The notes beneath the pieces are model-generated. The model was not told where the DNA came from. It ran no database searches and saw only the letters and a list, made by a program, of their open reading frames with translations. This document shows positions 15,128 through 19,240 of a stretch of 21,730 nt of DNA, one piece after another. The stretch's first letter is position 1. Each line of letters opens with the position of its first letter. This stretch comes from Pseudomonadota bacterium (GTDB lineage Bacteria; Myxococcota_A; Polyangia; JAAYKL01): positions 318,343 to 340,072 of the forward strand of contig JALNZK010000002.1 of NCBI GenBank assembly GCA_023229365.1. The letters run 5' to 3'. Made by a program: the position numbers and the translations under genes.

Positions 15128-15253
15128 TCCGTCCAAGTTACAAAAACTGTTTTTGGTAAACAATGCAGGAATTGAACCAGCATTCTTCAGTTTTCAAGAC
15201 TGACGCTCAACCATTGAGCTAATTGTTTGTAAGTTTTAGTGGTATGGGACGGA
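15128..15253 (-). ncRNA. Y-RNA-like module 1: conserved stem motif flanking a complete tRNA
   Basis: Terminal stem tccgtcc(15128-15134)/ggacgga(15247-15253). The conserved 5' and 3' motif strands bracket the tRNA at 15154-15228. Confidence 0.6.
15154..15228 (-). tRNA. tRNA or tRNA-like, anticodon UGA, class I (short variable arm), CCA encoded
   Basis: Minus sense: AAACAAT-TA-GCTC-AATGGTT-GAGC-G-TCAGT-CTTGAAA-ACTGA-AGAAT-GCTGG-TTCAATT-CCTGC-ATTGTTT-A-CCA. U8, A14, G18G19, U33 and the T-loop TTCAA are present. One T-stem mismatch. A Ser-type anticodon without the long variable arm is anomalous. Confidence 0.55.
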
Positions 15254-15256
15254 AAG

Positions 15257-15385
15257 TGGAGGGTGTTGGATTCGAACCAACATTTTTTCGTTTTCAGTGA
15301 AAAAAGTTACCTTTTGTTTGTATGTCTCTCAGGTGTGGGACAATTGCTTGTCCAAGTTTGGGAAACTGAACGTTTTTAACCCTCC
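15257..15385 (-). ncRNA. tRNA-like RNA (anticodon loop CUGAAAA, GAA/Phe-type) with the conserved stem-loop inserted in the D-loop (module 2)
   Basis: 7-bp acceptor GGAGGGT/ACCCTCC. T arm GTTGG-TTCGAAT-CCAAC. Anticodon arm present. The D region is replaced by ...GTTCAGTT[motif hairpin, loop AGCAAUU]...AAGGTAAC. No CCA. Confidence 0.55.
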
Positions 15386-15395
15386 AAAGTATCAG

Positions 15396-15522
15396 CGGGG
15401 AAGATGGGATTCGAACCCATAATTTTTCCTTAACAGGGAAACTTTTACCAATTGTTTGTATGTCTCTCAGGTGTGGGATGGTCGCCCATCCAAGTTTGGG
15501 AAACTGAACTTCTAACTTCCCC
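15396..15522 (-). ncRNA. tRNA-like RNA (anticodon loop CUGUUAA, GUU/Asn-type) with the conserved stem-loop inserted in the D-loop (module 3)
   Basis: Perfect acceptor GGGGAAG/CTTCCCC. T arm ATGGG-TTCGAAT-CCCAT. Anticodon stem TTTCC/GGAAA. D region ...GTTCAGTT[hairpin closed by GGAUGGG-CGA-CCAUCC]...TTGGTAAAAG. Confidence 0.55.
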
Positions 15523-15612
15523 ATGTGCCCGGTTTATAATTCTCTGCCTGCAACCGGAAACCCGGCAGAAAAGCCTCCAGTTATTGGTTTATCCCAAGAG
15601 GCGAGTAATCAG

Positions 15613-15738
15613 ACCCGGTGGTAGGAGTCGCACCTACAATCTTTTCCTTAGGATGGAAACGCTGTTTGTACGTCTCTCAGGTTTGGGATAATTTCTTATC
15701 CGAGTTTGGGAAACTGTTTGCTGTTTAGCTTCACCGGG
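15613..15738 (-). ncRNA. tRNA-like RNA (anticodon loop AUCCUAA, CCU/Arg-type) with the conserved stem-loop inserted in the D region (module 4)
   Basis: Acceptor CCCGGTG/CACCGGG. Anticodon stem TTTCC/GGAAA. Non-canonical T-loop TGCGACT (G at position 55). 3-bp D-stem GCT/AGC enclosing the motif hairpin (loop GAAA). Confidence 0.5.
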
Positions 15739-15743
15739 ATATT

Positions 15744-15902
15744 CATAAGGCAAACATTTGATCGTCCAAGTCGAAGAAACTGTTTTTTGCAACAATGTTG
15801 GATTCGCACCAACTACCGAAACTTTATGGAAGTTTTGCTCTACTGATGAGCTAATTGTTTGTAAGTTCCGTCAGTATGGGACGATCAAATGTTTGCCTTA
15901 TG
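15744..15902 (-). ncRNA. Y-RNA-like module 5: 24-bp perfect terminal stem plus conserved motif flanking a degenerate tRNA-like domain (CAU loop)
   Basis: cataaggcaaacatttgatcgtcc(15744-15767) is the exact reverse complement of 15879-15902. The inner tRNA-like domain (15789-15860) has a D-loop ATCAGTA lacking GG, anticodon loop UCCAUAA (C33) and T-loop TGCGAAT. Confidence 0.6.
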
Positions 15903-15913
15903 TTGATTTTACC

Positions 15914-16090
15914 GACGCAAGCAAGTGTTGGCCCGTCCAAGTCGAAAAAGCTGTTTCACATAGTGACAGTTTAATAGACTGTTGCCTTTACCATTAGGCT
16001 AAAACACATTTTGGCGTGTTTGTTGGATTCGAACCAACAGATTGTTTGTAAGCTCTGTCTGTGTGGGACGAGCAAACACTTGCCTGCGTC
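15914..16090 (-). ncRNA. Y-RNA-like module 6 with a circularly permuted tRNA-like domain
   Basis: Long imperfect terminal stem 15914-15938/16066-16090. Minus-sense order: motif 5' strand, T arm (GTTGG-TTCGAAT-CCAAC, 16022-16038), loop-capped helix AAACAC/GTGTTT (16002-16021), D-like arm with GG (15984-15999), ACAGT-CTATTAA-ACTGT (15966-15982), motif 3' strand. Confidence 0.6.
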
Positions 16091-16092
16091 AA

Positions 16093-16260
16093 CATCATCA
16101 AGCTTCCGTCTGTCCAAGTTGAAGAAGCTGTTCAACTTTTGACAGTTCCAATTACTGGTGCCTGACCGTTAGGCTACATTCCTTGCGGAATGATGGGAGT
16201 CGAACCCACTTATTTGTTTGTAAGCTCCGTCTGTATGGGACAGACGGAAGCTTGATGATG
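16093..16260 (-). ncRNA. Y-RNA-like module 7 with a circularly permuted tRNA-like domain and a GNRA-capped acceptor-like helix
   Basis: 23-bp perfect terminal stem 16093-16115/16238-16260. T arm 16193-16209. CATTCC-GCAA-GGAATG hairpin 16177-16192. D-like GCCT-AACGGTC-AGGC 16160-16174. CAGT-AATTGGA-ACTG 16143-16157. Confidence 0.6.
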
Positions 16261-16295
16261 TTTACAACTCAAATTGTCAAAGAACACAAAATTGG

Positions 16296-16384
16296 CTATC
16301 CAAGTTCATAGAGGGGAGAACATTCAAATCTCCCCCTTCAAGCGGGGGAGAAAGTCGTTTGTAACCTCTATAGGTTTGGGATAG
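16296..16384 (-). ncRNA. Y-RNA-like module 8: conserved motif enclosing a GC-rich hairpin instead of a tRNA-like domain
   Basis: Terminal stem ctatcc/ggatag. Internal helix AUAGAGG/CCUCUAU. Insert hairpin TCTCCCCC-GCTTGAA-GGGGGAGA. Confidence 0.5.
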
Positions 16385-16475
16385 CAAGGGGAGCCGTTGG
16401 AGTCGAACCAACAAAACCACAAGCCCCGTCTTTCAACACTATACGCTGAATACCGTATTGCGGTTCATTCAGTAT
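16385..16475 (-). ncRNA. 5' leader of the RNA array: stem-loop plus a tRNA T-arm/minihelix-like element
   Basis: Minus sense from the predicted TSS: hairpin CTGAAT-GA-ACCG-CAATA-CGGT-ATTCAG (about 16447-16473). Then GGGG...GTTGG-TTCGACT-CCAAC(16396-16412)...CCCC. Confidence 0.4.
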
Positions 16476-16480
16476 GATCT

Positions 16481-16508
16481 ATTATACGCCTTTTTTATTC
16501 CCTGTCAA
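16481..16508 (-). promoter_or_regulatory. Consensus sigma70 promoter (TTGACA-N16-TATAAT) driving the RNA array
   Basis: Minus strand: ttgaca(16508-16503)-16 nt-tataat(16486-16481). It points into 16475..15128, where no protein-coding potential is apparent. Confidence 0.65.
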
Positions 16509-16542
16509 CACCAGTTTCTCAATTTTCAAAAAAATTTTTCGG

Positions 16543-16782
16543 TTATTCTTCCCGCATGGCTTTTAATGCCGCCTGGGAAATTTCAATTCCCCGAAAAAAT
16601 TCCTGCAAATGTTCGTCATTCTCGCCCAGGTTGAAGTCAGCCTCATGAAGAATTTCCCCATGAACAAAGGCGTTGTGTACGCCAGTCATAATGTACCGTG
16701 GATCGGCTTGTGCTTCAACTACAAGCATTCTAATGAAATGCTCGACTACTTCGTGGGTTTGTATTTGATCTGCTGTCATCAT
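16543..16782 (-). CDS. Hypothetical acidic protein (79 aa)
   Basis: SD ggaggaaaATGATG. Promoter immediately upstream. Protein-like helical sequence. Confidence 0.6.
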   Translation of the reverse strand: MMTADQIQTHEVVEHFIRMLVVEAQADPRYIMTGVHNAFVHGEILHEADFNLGENDEHLQEFFRGIEISQAALKAMREE

Positions 16783-16796
16783 TTTCCTCCACCGCC

Positions 16797-16824
16797 ATTA
16801 TACTTCAGCTTTCTGGTTTGTAAA
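16797..16824 (-). promoter_or_regulatory. Sigma70-like promoter (TTTACA-N16-TATAAT)
   Basis: Minus strand: tttaca(16824-16819)-16 nt-tataat(16802-16797). The predicted TSS falls at or next to the SD of the 79-aa ORF, giving a very short leader. Confidence 0.5.
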
Positions 16825-16891
16825 CCCCAAAATTACCCCACAAACTGGTGGTTTTTACTGAAACTGGCAGGGCAAAGGATAGATACTCAAT

Positions 16892-19240
16892 ATGGAAATT
16901 AAAGGTGCATTTAAGGCCGAAACGATTGTTGCTGGCAATATTAATTATTCAGCAGATACTGGGGCTGCCAACGCTTATGTTGTAAGCTTGGGTTTAAATT
17001 ATTTATTTATAGGGCTGCCGGTTTCTTTCAAAGCCTCTCATGATAATACAGGTGCGTCAACTTTAAAAGTTGATAGTCTGCCTGCTGTTGCTATTAAAAA
17101 AAATGTAAGTGATGCCCTGGATATGGGCGATATCAAAACAGGACAAGTCATCACTGTTATTTATGATGGAATATATTTTCAAATAGCAAGTGCCCTTGGC
17201 TCAGGTATTAGCGGATATTCTGGCTACTCTGGAATTGGTATTAGTGGGTATAGCGGATATTCAGGTGACTCAGGCATTAGTGGGTATAGCGGATATTCAG
17301 GTGACTCAGGCATTAGTGGGTATAGCGGATATTCAGGTGACTCAGGCATCAGTGGATACTCAGGATACTCAGGATCAGGCATCAGTGGATATTCAGGATA
17401 CTCAGGATCAGGCATCAGTGGATATTCAGGATACTCAGGATCAGGCATCAGTGGATACTCAGGATACTCTGGAACCACAAATATATATTTGGGAAATCCA
17501 ACGACTGGCGATTACCTAGATGGGTTATTTCCCTGGGAACCCAATGTAACTTTGATTGCTGATGCCGAACAAGAAGTAAATGAAGTATTAGCTGCATTAG
17601 CACCCGCACCAGCACCCAATTTTTCGACATATAACAATGCCCAAACAACAGGAGCAACAGGAAAACTAAGTTTTGATGGATCATATCCCATAGGCGGTGT
17701 ATCGAACGTAGATGGCATTGGCAATTGCACATCTGTCGCTGTCGATGGTGCATTTACTTATAATGCTTTAAGCGGCATGCGAAGAGGTGTTTTTAGTTCC
17801 ACAACAACAAGTTTTACAGGACAATTGGCATCTAATATTGTTGCAGAACCGAATGGAGCATATCTTCAATATGCTTTTATTGACGGTGACACAGGAATTC
17901 TAAGTATATATGTCAATAATGATGTAACACCAAAACATACTGTTGATTTATCAATATTTAGTTCTGGAAGCTCTCTGAATGGCAATGGCACCGGGTTTAC
18001 AAGTATATCAGCAGTAACCTATGAAAAATTTCCTAATGGCAGTGATTTTACATTATTTGTTTATAGGACAGCACAATGGGTGGTCAATACCGCTGATTGC
18101 AGAGAAGGTTGGAATTGGGTGCGTATTACCCATACCGTAGGAACAGATCGCCCGCCCACCAATCTTTATTGCGATTTTATTCGTGACCTAAATACTACGA
18201 CCACGACTTTTTCTGCGGACACGCTTACAGGATTTACTGGCAGTGGATCAAAATATTTGTCGGGAGTAAATTATTATACGGGTGGATCGGCAACTTATGC
18301 CGCAACAATCAGCAATCTTTACAGAAACACATGGTATACAGGATCAGATGCTATTGCTTACAGCTTTAACAGCACCCCTTTACAAGCATTGACAAATGAA
18401 TCTTTGGGCAATTCAGGAGGGGATGAAGCACTAGATGTAACTAAATCAAAAACAGTAAACATTACTTCATCCAGCACCAGACTAAATCCCACTGCTGGAC
18501 ATACCATTAGTGTTAGAACAACTGCAAAAAGGACTGTGCAATCTACTCAATCTTCATCCTATCGATCTATCACAGATATACTTCTTGATAATTTTGTTGC
18601 CTCATCTACCGTTACTGCTGAATATTTTGACGATGAGACTTATAGATTGCCATCAAATTCAGATTTTGACAACGACGCTACAGCCGTCACTAGTTCGTGG
18701 ACATCATCTAATACCATTGCTGATGCTGGTAGTGCTGGATACAACGATGGAACACAAACATATAATGGCACACTTGTGTATCCAACAATGAATTTCTCAA
18801 CCATAGCCAATGGTCCCGCTGGAAACGTTAACTACTCCACAGGTATATCTGGTGAACGTTGCTATTATAGATTTTTTGACATGTTAACCACAGCTAGGAG
18901 CAATTTTACACTTACGGTAAATGGAGCGTCAATAACACCAATATCAAATGGAACGGCTTTTTCTACAACAAGTCAAATAAAAATAGATATTAAGCTACCT
19001 AATGATGGTGGAGAAGGCACTGGTTGGCTAGATGTAACTGCATTGTTCGCAACAGCCCATTGGTCAGACGGTGACGGATGTTTGTTATCAGGAACATTTT
19101 CTATGAATTCTGCCATGTCAATAACTGTTGGCACAAAATCTACGGGAGCCGCAAGTGTTAATGGCAAGGTATTTTTAAGAATTAGAGTTCCTAGTGGATG
19201 GATTAGAAATTTGACTAGTATTACATTGGTTGGAGCATAA
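16892..19240 (+). CDS. Tail fibre protein with an internal (G-x-S/GYS) repeat stalk (782 aa)
   Basis: The N-terminal segment ADTGAANAYVVSL...FKASHDNTGASTLKVDSLPAVAIKK matches the widespread tail-fibre N-terminal pattern (NAY.v.l....F.a...NTGa.TLnv.gl.a..i). A 92-aa SGYSG repeat follows, then a long Ser/Thr/Asn-rich beta-type C-terminal region. Confidence 0.8.
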   Translation: MEIKGAFKAETIVAGNINYSADTGAANAYVVSLGLNYLFIGLPVSFKASHDNTGASTLKVDSLPAVAIKKNVSDALDMGDIKTGQVITVIYDGIYFQIASALGSGISGYSGYSGIGISGYSGYSGDSGISGYSGYSGDSGISGYSGYSGDSGISGYSGYSGSGISGYSGYSGSGISGYSGYSGSGISGYSGYSGTTNIYLGNPTTGDYLDGLFPWEPNVTLIADAEQEVNEVLAALAPAPAPNFSTYNNAQTTGATGKLSFDGSYPIGGVSNVDGIGNCTSVAVDGAFTYNALSGMRRGVFSSTTTSFTGQLASNIVAEPNGAYLQYAFIDGDTGILSIYVNNDVTPKHTVDLSIFSSGSSLNGNGTGFTSISAVTYEKFPNGSDFTLFVYRTAQWVVNTADCREGWNWVRITHTVGTDRPPTNLYCDFIRDLNTTTTTFSADTLTGFTGSGSKYLSGVNYYTGGSATYAATISNLYRNTWYTGSDAIAYSFNSTPLQALTNESLGNSGGDEALDVTKSKTVNITSSSTRLNPTAGHTISVRTTAKRTVQSTQSSSYRSITDILLDNFVASSTVTAEYFDDETYRLPSNSDFDNDATAVTSSWTSSNTIADAGSAGYNDGTQTYNGTLVYPTMNFSTIANGPAGNVNYSTGISGERCYYRFFDMLTTARSNFTLTVNGASITPISNGTAFSTTSQIKIDIKLPNDGGEGTGWLDVTALFATAHWSDGDGCLLSGTFSMNSAMSITVGTKSTGAASVNGKVFLRIRVPSGWIRNLTSITLVGA
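17198..17473 (+). repeat. Coding tandem repeat: 36-nt unit x3 (GISGYSGYSGDS) then 33-nt unit x3-4 (GISGYSGYSGS)
   Basis: Direct reading of 17198-17473. All three forward frames and the reverse frames stay open here, which produces spurious ORFs. Confidence 0.9.

Noticed and set aside
15294-15997. ORF-track entries 15294..15524(-), 15452..15691(+), 15758..15997(+) inside the RNA array
   Set aside because: They run through T-arm, acceptor and conserved stem sequences, have no SD, and give odd repetitive products (for example QFPKLG repeated, produced by translating the repeated RNA motif). The region is better explained as non-coding RNA.
15103-16275. 15-nt inverted repeat aatttgagttgtaaa (15103-15117) / tttacaactcaaatt (16261-16275) bracketing modules 1-7
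   Set aside because: A single exact 15-mer match in AT-rich sequence within a 21.7-kb window is close to chance expectation. One copy is simply part of the promoter -35 region.
14717-16384. Possibility that the nine repeated motifs form a CRISPR array
   Set aside because: The repeats are imperfect and occur as paired complementary halves in both orders. Spacing is irregular (35-130 nt), and the 'spacers' contain tRNA T arms, D arms and anticodon arms. No cas genes are present.
15128-16440. An ordinary phage tRNA gene cluster
   Set aside because: Only one of eight T-arm-bearing units (15154-15228) folds as a standard cloverleaf. The others have D-loop insertions, permuted arm order, capped acceptor helices, T-loops with G55 or missing GG. 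All are tied to the same conserved stem motif.
17190-17753. ORFs 17190..17519(+), 17224..17478(-), 17448..17753(-), 17512..17730(-)
   Set aside because: Same artefact: other frames or the opposite strand of the repeat within the 782-aa tail-fibre gene.
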